Source: Neoconidiobolus thromboides FSU 785 (taxonomy: Eukaryota > Fungi > Entomophthoromycota). Taken from it: a stretch of 64,000 nucleotides of DNA. A program made the position numbers and the translations under genes. Of this stretch, positions 13,785 through 25,994 are shown piece by piece. The notes beneath the pieces were generated by a model. It saw only the letters and a program-made list of their open reading frames with translations. It did not search any database and was not told where the DNA came from. The stretch is from contig MU626310.1 of assembly GCA_025603075.1 (NCBI GenBank), forward strand, positions 53,038 through 117,037. Reading direction: 5' to 3'. The stretch's first letter is position 1, and each line of letters starts with the position of its first letter.

Positions 13785-13897
13785 TATGACGTTTCACTAT
13801 ATAATTAAAACTTAAACTTTACTCATATTTCTAATTTTTATTATAAAGTGTTTTTCTATCTTTTTCAACTGTATTAAATAGTATTTTAATAAAAGTA

Positions 13898-14228
13898 TTT
13901 ATATTTATATTTATATTTATATTTATATTTATATTTACATTTATATTTATATTTATATTTATATTTATATTTATATTTATATTTATATTTATATTTATAT
14001 TTATATTTATATTTATATTTATATTTATATTTANNNNNNNNNNNNNNNNNNNNNNNNNNNNNNNNNNNNNNNNNNNNNNNNNNNNNNNNNNNNNNNNNNN
14101 NNNNNNNNNNNNNNNNNNNNNNNNNNNNNNNNNTTTATATTTATATTTATATTTATATTTATATTTATATTTATATTTATATTTATATTTATATTTATAT
14201 TTATATTTATATTTATATTTATATTTAT
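13898..14228. repeat. (ATATTT)n microsatellite spanning the assembly gap
   Basis: Near-perfect hexamer repeat on both sides of 100 Ns. Confidence 0.95.
14034..14133. other. Assembly gap (100 N)
   Basis: Run of exactly 100 N. Confidence 1.
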
Positions 14229-14597
14229 TTATATTTTTATTTATTTATATTTTTATTTTTATTTTTTTATTTTTATCTTTATTTTTAGTATAAATATAAT
14301 TTTATATTTTACTAGATAACTTTTATTATATTATGTATACTTAACAAATCATTATGAAGCTTTTTTAATTTTCAGCTCTTACAACTAATATAAGGCAAAT
14401 AAGCTTTAAACACTAAATTTCATGTTTAAAATAGATTAAATTTAGCAAAAATATTAAAATTTAAATGCGTAATTTTTTAAGACTGAAAATGAAATAATGA
14501 TATGAAATTTAAGCTATTAAATTAGCAAAAAAATTATTTACTAAATTGAATTGTTCTAGTATTAATATAAAAAAGAGTATAAATAAATGTATAAATA

Positions 14598-14680
14598 TGA
14601 GGCTGTTTTTTGACTTCACTTCTTCCACTTTTTAAGCGCTATTTGAAAGGAAAGTAAATTTTTGAATTTTTTTAAATACT
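14598..14680 (-). mobile_element. MITE-like copy 5 (degenerate)
   Basis: TGAGGCTGTTTTTTGACTTCAC...TTAAGCGCTATTTG; the other end is decayed. Confidence 0.6.
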
Positions 14681-14954
14681 AAATGAAAAAACATTACCAT
14701 AGAGGAGTAATTTGAATTAAGCAAAAAGCAGCTAATTTTATAGTACTTCCTTGTACTCGATTTGCAATCTTTACTAAAAACCTAAATTGCACAAAATATT
14801 GAACCAAGCTTTTAAACTAACTCAAATAAAAAAGTATTAAAACATAAATGCCAACAATATATCAATTTATTTATTTACTTACATCTTATTGAGAATATTA
14901 ATTTATTTCATTATTAGTCTTAATTTATAAAATAAATACTAACAGAACTCTATA

Positions 14955-15054
14955 TAGAGATGCTTTTTTGGCTTCATCGCTTTTTCCATCTTTTAAACGC
15001 TGTTTGAGTGGAAAAAGTGTTATCAGAAATTTTAAACAAAAGAACACATCCTCG
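14955..15054 (-). mobile_element. MITE-like copy 6
   Basis: TA|TAGAGATG...CATCCTCG|TA. Confidence 0.7.
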
Positions 15055-15479
15055 TATGTTTATACCTAATATTAAATTCTATAATTATATTAGTGGGATC
15101 TCTGGGTCTATCTGGATTAAACATGAGTGATACATAAAATTAATAGCAGATAAATTCAATAAACTTAATAATATTATATGGTGGAATTACTCAATAAATA
15201 AATCAATAGGTATAAAAATATTTATAATAACCCATTACTATCTTTAAACTAATATTTTAATTTTTGAATTATACTTAAAACAACAACACTTCATAATAAT
15301 TCTAAATTTTAGTCTATCAAACGGGATAAAACAGCCACGTCTAACCAGAGTAAAAAAAACAATCCGAATTCTTTTAAATTTTTATTCAAAATAATACTGA
15401 AAGTAACTCACAAAACATCAGGCCCTATAAATATAACATAAAACCTCACTTAATATAAAATTCAACTTCACTTTTTCAT

Positions 15480-15901
15480 TTAGTGGGCCTTTTCAACAAT
15501 TCTTTGAACTAAATCCTCCAAGGTATTTAACTCATAAATTTCTTCATTAGTAACTTGAATTTGAAATTCATTATTAATATCTTGGACTATTGCTTTCATA
15601 TCTGAACCATCTAAACCAAAATCAATTAATTGAGAGTCAAGGTTAAGCTAAGAAAAATAAACTATTAGTTCAACTTAATCAAAATATCAAGCAAAGAATA
15701 GTGATAATTGTTAATACTTACAAGATCTTCGGGAACTAGTTTATTTTTTAAGATAGTATTAAGTCGAAGTTGTATGGAATTTGTAGTATTTGTTTTGACA
15801 CTGGTGGCCATAAATTTTGACTTATTAAATCGATTGAGAAAAAGAGGAGCCCTTTTTTTAAATAACTGAGACACTTTAATAACTTTGAAAACTTTCAACA
15901 T
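15480..15901 (-). CDS. Mitochondrial acyl-carrier-protein-like protein with non-canonical GLDGSD motif
   Basis: Basic presequence-like N-terminus; phase-0 intron 15648-15721. Exon 2 reads LNLDSQLIDFGLDGSDMKAIVQDINNEFQIQVTNEEIYELNTLEDLVQRIVEKAH*, which follows the ACP pattern (DLGLDSLD...IEEEFGIEI.D.....I.TV.D). Confidence 0.7.
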
Positions 15902-16685
15902 AATATTTTTGAAAAAAAAATTATTATCTTGTATTTGTTGTCTTTATATATTTTTTGAAACTCAACTAAGTTTTGAAATATTTGAAACTATTGTGCTTTC
16001 CTCAATACCAGCTTATCAACCAATTTCAAGTATTCTAATTTTTATTGGTATGCTTTAAAATTCAAATGGAATAATATTAAGCTTAGGTTTGAAATACCTA
16101 TACAAATTCTTGTTAGCTGTCTTGATTTTTTAGTCACAAGTTTTGATAACTTGAATTAATATAAAAAATTAAAGTGGACTTATTTTTAGATATAGAAAAT
16201 ACTAGGATATAGTTAAAATTAAATGAGCTTTACTGATAGTACTTTAATAATCAGATGCTTTATTGATTTTCATAATATTGTTGAATGTTATTAAAAACGA
16301 TACACTCTGAATAGAGTGGAATCTATTTTAATCAATACATTATCAATAAAAACTTGATTTTTAAGAATAGTATTTCATATAGCAAATACAATCATGATCA
16401 TAAATATTGGTGTAGAATTCTGTTCACTGTTACTAAAAAATAGGTTCGTTTGGATAATGAAACTTTGTATTTGCATTTTATTTAAAATAACAGTACTTTA
16501 TTTTAAAAATCTAGAGTGAATTTATCAGATAAATTTTAAGATCTTAACTGCAAACGTAGATTATTAATCAAAAAATAGATTTAGTGTTTAAAAAACGATT
16601 TTTTAGTCACAGTAAACATAATTTTATACCAATTTTATCATAATTTATTATTTTTTATAACATTAATGAAGGGGAATTTATACTT

Positions 16686-16786
16686 TGGAGGTGTTTTTTT
16701 TGACTCTCATCACTTTTTCCATCTTTTAAGCACCATTTAAGCGAAAAAACTGTTAGTAAATTCTTAAACACAAAAACACATCCCCA
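16686..16786 (-). mobile_element. MITE-like copy 7
   Basis: TGGAGGTGTTTTTTTT...AAAAACACATCCCCA. Confidence 0.75.
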
Positions 16787-17080
16787 TTTAATATCATATG
16801 GTTTTAGTAAAAATAGTGAATTTTATATAATAAACAAAATAAAATGAAATAAATAGGAAACCGTTTGATAAAATATCTTAACAATATGTATTGATAAAAG
16901 TTAAGTAAAAGTATAAAGGATAATTATCAACTTTATTGAATCATGTTTATAATGTATGCTACATAAAAATGATTTTATAATAACATGGTAATAGATATCT
17001 AAACTAATATCAATTTATCATTTTAAAGCAACAAAGGATCTCTAGTCATTAACTTATAATTGATATAAACTCATAAGCTT

Positions 17081-18016
17081 TTAGCCCTTTAAAAATCCTT
17101 TAATTCTTTCAAACGGATTAGCTAATATTTCACAAGATTGAGCTTTTGGTAATAAATATTTGTCAAAACAACATTGAAATTGATTTGTGTTATAGCATTG
17201 ATTTTCATTACAAATTTTATTTCCCTTTTCACACAATATTTGATTAACACAATCATATAAATTATTATCATAAGTTCCCTGTTTACATTCATGTTTTTCT
17301 ACATTTACTTTCACTTCAGTAACTAAATTACGAAAGGGAGTATATGGCTTAAATCGAATACTGCTTCCTTTTTCATTATATTCTTGATCACTTAGTACTT
17401 CCACATCAAAACAAGATGTATATTCTTCCCCTTTACCATTATTATCTCGATCAAAATGCCAGACCCAAATTAATTGATAAACTCCTATAGATAAATTCAT
17501 TGGTATGGTATAATTACCAATACAAGGTTTAGGTCCAATTCGATTAAAATAAGTAATATCACTACATTCCCCATCATCAAAAGGTGCTTTTATTAAAGGT
17601 TCGATACCAAACAAATCTTTTCTTTTTAAATACTGAGAACCATCATTTAAATCCCCTAGATATGATTTGCGATTTAAATAAACTGAATAAATATTAGGAT
17701 GAGGTTTAAAATCAGGAGGTAATCGATCTAAATTAACATGCCCATTTTCAAAATAATCAAAATATAAAGTTTGTCCCGACTTTACTTTAGCCATAGGGTA
17801 CTCTGGTTTATAATAAGGCACAGATTGATATTTAGGATCACACAATGGTACTTCAGGACTTCGATCAAGTATTTTATATGTAGATAATAAATCATAATGT
17901 CCTTGAAAATTCCTTATATATCCTCCACAAGAGCCATCCGTTCTTCGGTCTGTACAATCAAGCCAAGAATGTGTGAGGACATTTTTTATTAATAATATTA
18001 AATACAAACTTTTCAT
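17081..18016 (-). CDS. Secreted LPMO-like (His-brace) protein with C-terminal Cys-rich CBM52-like module
   Basis: Signal peptide MKSLYLILLIKNVLT followed by HSW; also ENGHV, FDDGEC, YTIP...GVYQLIWVW, EEYTSCFDVEV, and the tail YDCVNQILCEKGNKICNENQCYNTNQFQCC. Intronless. Confidence 0.65.
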   Translation of the reverse strand: MKSLYLILLIKNVLTHSWLDCTDRRTDGSCGGYIRNFQGHYDLLSTYKILDRSPEVPLCDPKYQSVPYYKPEYPMAKVKSGQTLYFDYFENGHVNLDRLPPDFKPHPNIYSVYLNRKSYLGDLNDGSQYLKRKDLFGIEPLIKAPFDDGECSDITYFNRIGPKPCIGNYTIPMNLSIGVYQLIWVWHFDRDNNGKGEEYTSCFDVEVLSDQEYNEKGSSIRFKPYTPFRNLVTEVKVNVEKHECKQGTYDNNLYDCVNQILCEKGNKICNENQCYNTNQFQCCFDKYLLPKAQSCEILANPFERIKGFLKG

Positions 18017-18486
18017 TTAAATAAAGTAAAGTAAAAGAAAGAAAAAATAACAAGATATATATAATATCAACAGTTAATAAATTACATCAATTAAATTATC
18101 ATAATATTAACAGGTTACTTAGCTCATCAACAGTTTTATTTTATTATCGATTATTTAGTGGTAGTTAAATTATCAAATCTTATCTATTATTATTAAATTG
18201 GCTTGTTGATATTTTTTACAACGTATTTTTAAATTAAACGTATTTTTAAAAATTTCAAGATTAATAGTCTAATTATAGTAAATAATTATTCTAGTGCAAC
18301 TTCAAATTGAACCAATAAGCTTCGTTCAGTTCATTAGCCAATAAAAAGTAGAAATTCTAAATAAGACCAATGGAATAAGGGATCAATTCTATCTTTCTAT
18401 CCCAAAAAAATTGAATTATTTTAAAAATACAATAACAACTTTGAGCTTTGTTTTAAAACAACACTACAATAGAAAATCATATCATC

Positions 18487-19577
18487 ATGTTATTCCAACT
18501 TCAAAGACAGTTGAAATCAGCTTCCATTATCAATTATACTAAATTTATTCGTTCAAGCTATTCTATTAAACCCGATATCAAATTGATCTCTAAAATTCGT
18601 CAAGAAACTGAAGTTAGTATTACTAAAGCCAAAGAATCCTTAATAGCTACCAATAATGATTTAAAGGCTGCATTACAATGGTTAGAGAAGGATTTGATTT
18701 CATCTGGGGCTAAAAAAGCAGCTAAACTAGCGGATAGAGTAGCCAGTGAAGGGTTAATCGGGGTTGCTGTACAAGAGAAAGAAAACAAAATTGTTGCAGC
18801 AATGGCAGAGGTAAGTGAAATTGAATCAATATTAATTTTCTATTAACTTTTTAATATAAATTTAATTAGGTATGTTGTGAAACAGATTTTGTTACTCGTT
18901 CCCCTATGTTCCATCAATTGGTTACTTCGATTTCAGAAACTATAGTTCAAAATCAACTTCTTGAAACCAATTTTAACACTGTTAAAAAATTAAGCCTTGC
19001 TGAGGATACAGTTAAACAACTTTCAGTCAATAATGGAGAAAGTAACGTGAATGAATTGATATCTGAAAATATAGCTAAGTTAGGTGAGAATTTAATATTA
19101 AGAAGAAGTTTAGTTAGTCAATTTGAAATTGAAAATCAAGATAAAGTGTTGGTTGCTACTCATGCTCATAATGGTATTGGTAATAATGGTAAAATTGGAG
19201 GGTATATAGTGATTCGAGTTAAAGGAGATGTGAAGGATCAAGTCAAATTAGATAAAATTAATAAACAATTGGCTAGACACGTAGTGGGTTTAAATCCATT
19301 GTATTTATCTTCAAATGAAGAAGCTGTTATATTAAAGAAGGATTCAATGACTGCTGAAGAATACCAGCAATATTTAAATGAAAATGTATTATTAAATCAA
19401 AACTTTTTATTTAGTAATGGTACTGTTTTAGAATTTCTAAAGAGTATTGAAAAAGAATTGAATATAAAATTAGAAATCTTAACTTATTCTAGATTAATGG
19501 CAGGTGAAGGAGTTGAAAAAGTTGAAACTGTTGATTTTAGAGACGAAGTCATGAAACAAGTGGAAAAATTTAATTAG
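18487..19577 (+). CDS. TSF1: Mitochondrial translation elongation factor Ts
   Basis: IKLISKIRQETEVSITKAKESL (UBA-like), RVASEGLIGV, CCETDFVTR across intron 18811-18869, KLGENLILRR and QLARHVVGLNP. Confidence 0.9.
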
Positions 19578-19711
19578 ATATTTTCAGAATAGAAAATTAA
19601 ATAAATAAAAAAATAATATTTTATATTTTAATAGCTTATTATTTTTATTCAATTTATTTAAATTATTTTTTTACCTTTATTTTTATTTTTATTTTTATTT
19701 TTATTTAATTA

Positions 19712-21450
19712 TTAAACTTATTTTGTTCACTCTTTTCTTTTAATAAACTAATCATTTTATCCGCTGTTGACCAAACATTTCTATTAGCTAAAAAAAGCAG
19801 TCAATAAACTTAAAAATCAAAAAAAAAAAACTTACCGTTATATAATTCCAAAAATCCATCAGTTAATTTGGTAAATAATTTAATAAACGATAATACTATT
19901 TCATCTACTTTTTCTTCCTTTACTAATCTTTTGACTTTTAATAATCTTTCCATTTCCCTTTCAATTTGTAATTGTATATTGGAATTACATCGTTGTTTGG
20001 CTTCTAGATATAATTGATATTCATTATGAATTTGATTTAATAAACATTTGTCTATAAAAAATTCAATTAATATTGGTTGAACTACTTGTTCAATCATTTC
20101 TTTATAAACTTCTAATGGAAATCGTGTAATTAATTGAGAGGTTAATTCTAACGCAAACCATCGTCTATCTACCACTGGATCTTTTAATAATGAGGGGAGA
20201 TAATCCTGCATTACAACTAAATTAATATTAAATAGTTTATTAATATATATTTATTGTTATTATTATTATATTTACTTGTTGAAGGTACGTATTTAAATAT
20301 TGGCTCCAATAAATCCGAGTTATACATTTGTTTATGGATTAATGGTATTAATTTAGGATCTTGAATAAATAATTGATGAACGTAAATTAATGCTAATTTT
20401 CTTATTATATTTATATTTTCTATTATAACAAAAAAATTAATATTAAATATTATGTGTTTATAATGTTACTTACTTTGATTATCTTCATGAAAATTTTCAT
20501 CACAAATATCTAGTAAAAATTGAATAATTGAGCTATTTGATAATCTAATAGTGTCTTCTAATTTAGCTTGTACTATTTTAGGCTAAAAATAAAGATAAAA
20601 ATTAATCAATATCATTTTACTCTTACAAAATAATAATAACAATAAACAAACTTACCACAATTTCAAATTGATTTCCAATTTTGATTGTATTTCTAGCAAT
20701 TGTTTGTATTCTTTTTAATTTTAAATGAGTAGCCATCCGTACTCCTTCATAAACCTAATAGAACATTTAATATTGAATTATACAATATTAATATTATTCT
20801 AATTTACCTTTAAAGTAATCTTAAATAATAATGGAATTTTTAACATTTTTGGATTTAATACAAATAATGCCGGTGTAGCTTCAATTAAAGCTGGTAATGT
20901 AAACATTCTATTATATTATTTTAATATCTATAAATTATAAAATAATGTTAAACTTTTACCTTACAGAATCACAAGCGAAATCTTTATTTGAAGCATAACT
21001 AACTGTTAATGGCCATAAACTTTCAGGTATATATTCATTAATTAATATCCATAGATTATAAAATAACATTAAACTTTCTTCATCAATACTAAATAAAACA
21101 AATCATATTAACCTTTTTATTTTCATAATTTTTATAATAAACAAATTTTACCTTTCATAAGAAAAAAATATTGGAAACATATTAACAATTTCTTGAGTTA
21201 ATGAAATAATAATATCTAAATTAAAGCTACTTATATAATGTAATGTAAGTTTTAACAAAATTGTATCTTTTCTACATTCTTGTAATAAAATCTTAATTAC
21301 TGTATTAAGTGATAAATTATCCAATGGTTGTTGTATTAATTGTTTAATTTGAGTTAAGTAAGGTATAGATATTTGAGAACTAATTCTAAAATATTGATAT
21401 TAATATGAATATATGAATATACAAAAATATAGTTATCAATATTGATAACA

Positions 21451-21481
<31 letters not shown>

Positions 21482-24400
21482 CTTACAATGGTAATTGATA
21501 AGTTTCTTCTTTTATCATAGTAAAATATTGAGGAAAGGCTTCTTTTGCTAATTCATTAATTTCCAATTTGAATTCTTTTAGTTCTTTTGTAATTAAACTT
21601 TCATTAGCATAATTAACAATATTTTTAATACCAATTTGATCCATAAAATCATCTGAATATTTTACTAATAAAAAAATATCAATAAGGTGATAATAGTAAT
21701 AATAAAATATGATAATAACAATACGATGATGGAATATAATAAAATATAATCAACTTACAATTGGATACTAACTCTGGATTACTATCACAACATCTTAATA
21801 ATTTAGCATTAAATAATAAAAGATAATAAAAAAATAGTATATTTTTGGATGATATACTACTTAAACAATTTGTAATTCTAGGTTTCAAATATTCTGTTAA
21901 TAACTCTTCATCAATTTTTTTTACTTTTCTTCCCATGGCAGTAAATAATCTAATTGCAAAAACAAAAGTTATTATTATTATATTAATACATTAATATTGC
22001 ATTATTGCCATTATTTATATAAATTTTACTTACAAACTAACATAAGCTTTAATTAAATTTGGTAACTTAAAATGAATCGGATGATGATTAATATTGATGA
22101 TTAATTCACTTATCCAATTTTTGATATCTTTTTCATAATTTATAAATTCTTTTAAAGAAATGGCTTTTAACCCAAATTCTAAATAATTTCCTAACTTATA
22201 TAAGATTTCTTCACTAGTTAAATCCTTTGTCTATATATAATAATAAGTATTATTATTTATTATTTATTATCATTATTAAAAAAATACTTACAATAAACTT
22301 ATAATTCCTTGAATTCAGTTCTGTTAACCTTGAATATAATATAAAATTATTTAATTTTTCTGAATAATTAAACATAAAATGCATCGTAGTTAAAGCTTCT
22401 TTATCTAAAATATTTAATCATTAGTTTCTATTCATTATGAATTTTTCCATTTTTTATTCTTAACTTACCTAAAATAACTGGAAATCCTACTACATTTGAA
22501 ATATAAGCTCGAATTGCAAGTTCATAATTTTCTTTTAAACTAGGATCACAATTATTATGCTCTCTTACTGCAATTATTAAATTAACTATGCCTTCAAAAT
22601 GATAATCGCAGATCCATTCTAATAACGTTTTAACAATTCTCTATATATAAAATAATATTTAGATATAATTACAATACTTAATAATTATTATAGATTATAT
22701 TTACCTTGTTATGTTTATTTATATTGAAAAATAAAAATATAAAACATAATACTAAATCATAATAACTAAAAAATAAACAATATTAACATTAATAATTTAT
22801 AATACGATAAGGAAATAATTAACTTACCGCATAGATATAGTTTGATTTAAATTTTCTAAGTTTAATAAAGCAAAGTAAGTATCTAATGTATCTGGTAATT
22901 GATATTTAAAATTCTTTTTAGCTTGTATTAAACAATACAATATAGGTATCAATTGAGATTGATTATTAAATACCTAATATTCAATTAAAATAAACTATCG
23001 CCATTATTAATTATTATATAATCGCTTACATCTCGATTACTTAATATATCTCTTAACAATTTTTCAAATTTCCTTAAAAATTCTAATATGTTTTAAAAAA
23101 TAAATATTAATAAATATTGGCATTTTTACATTAATTATTAAAATTACCTAATGTTTGTCTTAAGATTGGTTCTTCAATATTAGGATCTTTCATTGGTATA
23201 TTTTGTAAAGGTTTGAATAACAAGCATACATGTTCTATCTATTTAATAAAATATACAAAATTGATATTAATTAATTATTAGGTTATAATAAGCTGATCAA
23301 TAAACTAAAATATTACCCTTTTAGAAATTTCAATCTTATCGTCATCAATTGAATTTAGTAATAAATTAGGTGGAAATTCCCAGTCCATAATAATATGTTG
23401 ATATTGATTAAAATTATTAGGAAAATTTAATTTCAATCGATTTAATAAATGACTAAGACAAAATAAAGATAATAATTAAATACAATTTAATTAATTGTAA
23501 AATGTAATATAATAAAAATTACTCTAAATCTTCTCTTTTTTCTTCCATTAAATTGCTTTTGAAATGTTCTAAACTAACATTCAATAACTATAAAATGAAT
23601 TAGCTTAAATTTGTAAGTTGCAATTAACTACTTTCAATTACCTTTTCCATCAACCTTGAATTATATGTAACAAAATGAATCAACAATGGAACTCTAATAG
23701 GCACCAAATATGATAAACTAAATGTAATTAAATCCTAAATCACAATTACTAGTTTTAATAATCATCATAACTTCATCCCCCGTCTTTCCTTTTTCTGCTT
23801 ACCTTGGTATCAAAACCAAACTGTTGGTTAAAAGACATAATAAAAGCAAAGGTACTAGTCATGAAATTAAAAGATTCGGTCAACGTATCAAAACTTTGAC
23901 CAATAGCATTGACAGCTTCTAATATATTTGGTTTGGCTATCTTTGATAACCCTTTAGAATTTTGAATGTCAATGTATAAAAATAATAATTTTAAACAAGC
24001 ACTAAAAGGGAATAAAAGGTTAGTGAGTTTGAGAGTTAATGGATGGGATATGAATTATTACGCTACTTTGGCTAAGGGCCCAATTTGTTTTACATGATTT
24101 GGGAACTAAAGGATAGGATTTATTTGGATTAAGATTTAATAATTAAGAAAATAAGAAATTACGTCTGATGAATAATTCCAATAAATAAAACTGGGTTTTT
24201 TAACATCTGCAATTACTGTCTTCCAATCGATATTACTTAAATAATTCCATACTCGAAACTAAATTTATAATTATTAAAATCAATATTCAATTTTGTATTT
24301 AGTTTCGCTTTTTTATTAGTACTTACGTTAACATTTTCATTTGCATAAGTCTCTTTTTCTTCAGAAGTTAACACATCTGTCATTGTTCGATAAAAAAACT

Positions 24401-24557
24401 CAATGTTCTAATGGAAATTGTTTTGATTAGTTAGACTATGCTCTTTTTTTTATGAATTTAAATTGATCCCAGTATCACTTACTGGAAAATTCAACATCTC
24501 AGGTTCAATACCATATAAAAATTCTAATTGCATATCTTCTAATGTAGCTGGTGCCAT
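19712..24557 (-). CDS. Hypothetical large multi-exon helical protein
   Basis: In-frame exon chain separated by many short GT-AG introns: MAPATLEDMQLEFLYGIEPEMLNFP / NIEFFYRTMTDVL / FRVWNYLSNIDWKT / ACLKLLFLYIDIQ ... VDRRWFALELTSQLITRFP ... KEKSEQNKV*. Family not recognised. Confidence 0.6.
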
Positions 24558-25181
24558 ATTTCGTATTCGTTGGGTTAGAATTAAAAATGAGAAATGAAGT
24601 TTTGAATTTTTAGTTTTAGTTGATTTTAAAAAAATGAAATTGATGGTATTGCGTAAGATGAAAAATGCTACTCAATGTTTTATATTAACTGTGACATTTA
24701 TTAGCCAAAATGTAAAAAAATGAGGTAGTTAATGTGAAATAGCCCAGGTAGATTTTTGGAAAAAGGAATTCCAACTATTAAAATTTAATTGTACAGCAAT
24801 TACTGTTTATTTAGTAAATAAAGCTTTACCTAAAATTCTTTAAAAAAGTACTATATTAGAAAGGGACATAATATAATTAAATTGCTAAAATTGAATGAAA
24901 ATTCCTGTCACAACGAAAATTGAGCAATTTAGCATGTATAATATTAATAGTGAAAGTTGTAGTATATGAACAAACACATATTCTTGTAAAATTTTATAAA
25001 AAAATATCCGCTGTTGACTTTATACATAGATTTGGCCTTATGATCATTTTAAATAAATAAACTGAAAAAATTAAAGCTCTTTATTTAAAAATTTAATATA
25101 GCTTATTCAAATAATAGCCAAATTATTTCAATATTAAAATTACGTTAATAGATTACTAAGTCAAGAACCAGCTACATAGGG

Positions 25182-25344
25182 GATTAGCCCCAAAGCTATA
25201 GTTGACCATCCTTATATAATGTAAACAATACAATAGCAGTCTTCATATATCATTATAACTATTTACTCTCTGACTATTTACTAATTTAATTATTACTAAT
25301 TTAAGTAGCATTGATATTTTTGTAAAACAAGCTTAGGGCTAATC
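25182..25344. repeat. Second TIR-bounded element (~163 bp)
   Basis: GATTAGCCCCAAAGC ... GCTTAGGGCTAATC inverted ends; the left ~50 bp resembles 63758-63810. Confidence 0.4.
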
Positions 25345-25715
25345 TTTTAATTTTTTATCTTCTATAAACTTTACAACTTTAATTAGAATTTTATTATGTT
25401 TTATTGGTTTATCAAATACTGGATAGCAATATAATTTATTATTATGTTTAATGAGATATAAGTACTTTTTAATCCTTTATTTTTATTACTTGTTTCATAT
25501 TTTTGTTTTTTATATTTTTTAAAAACTGTATCTATTTTTCAATAGCTAATTTATCAATTTTATTGTATTTATAAAAATTAACTAATTAGTAATTTTTATT
25601 ATATAGGATTTTTAAATTTTTTATCAATTGTATTCTTTTTATAATACCTAATGAAAAAAATTAAAGTTCATTTTTAAATTATTATTTTATAAATTATTAA
25701 AATATTTGCTATATA

Positions 25716-25808
25716 TGGGGATTTTTTTTTTAGTTTCATTACTTTTTCCATCTTTTGAGCACTATTTTGGCGGAAAAATTATTAGCGAAATCCTTAAACA
25801 AAAGAATA
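25716..25808 (-). mobile_element. MITE-like copy 8 (truncated)
   Basis: Abuts copy 9; one TIR is missing. Confidence 0.7.
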
Positions 25809-25810
25809 TA

Positions 25811-25892
25811 TGGGGATATATTTTTTTATTTAAGAATTTTACTAACGATCTTTCCACTCAAACAACGCTTAAGAAATGGAAGAAGTAATGAA
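25811..25892 (+). mobile_element. MITE-like copy 9 (truncated)
   Basis: TA|TGGGGATA...GAAGTAATGAA, then directly into copy 10. Confidence 0.7.
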
Positions 25893-25893
25893 A

Positions 25894-25994
25894 TGGGAGT
25901 GTTTTTTTTGACTTCATTATTTTTTCCATTTTTTAAGCACTATTTAGGCGGAAAATTTGTTAGTAAAATTCTTAAACACAAAAATACATCCCCA
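25894..25994 (-). mobile_element. MITE-like copy 10
   Basis: TGGGAGTG...CATCCCCA, full length. Confidence 0.75.
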
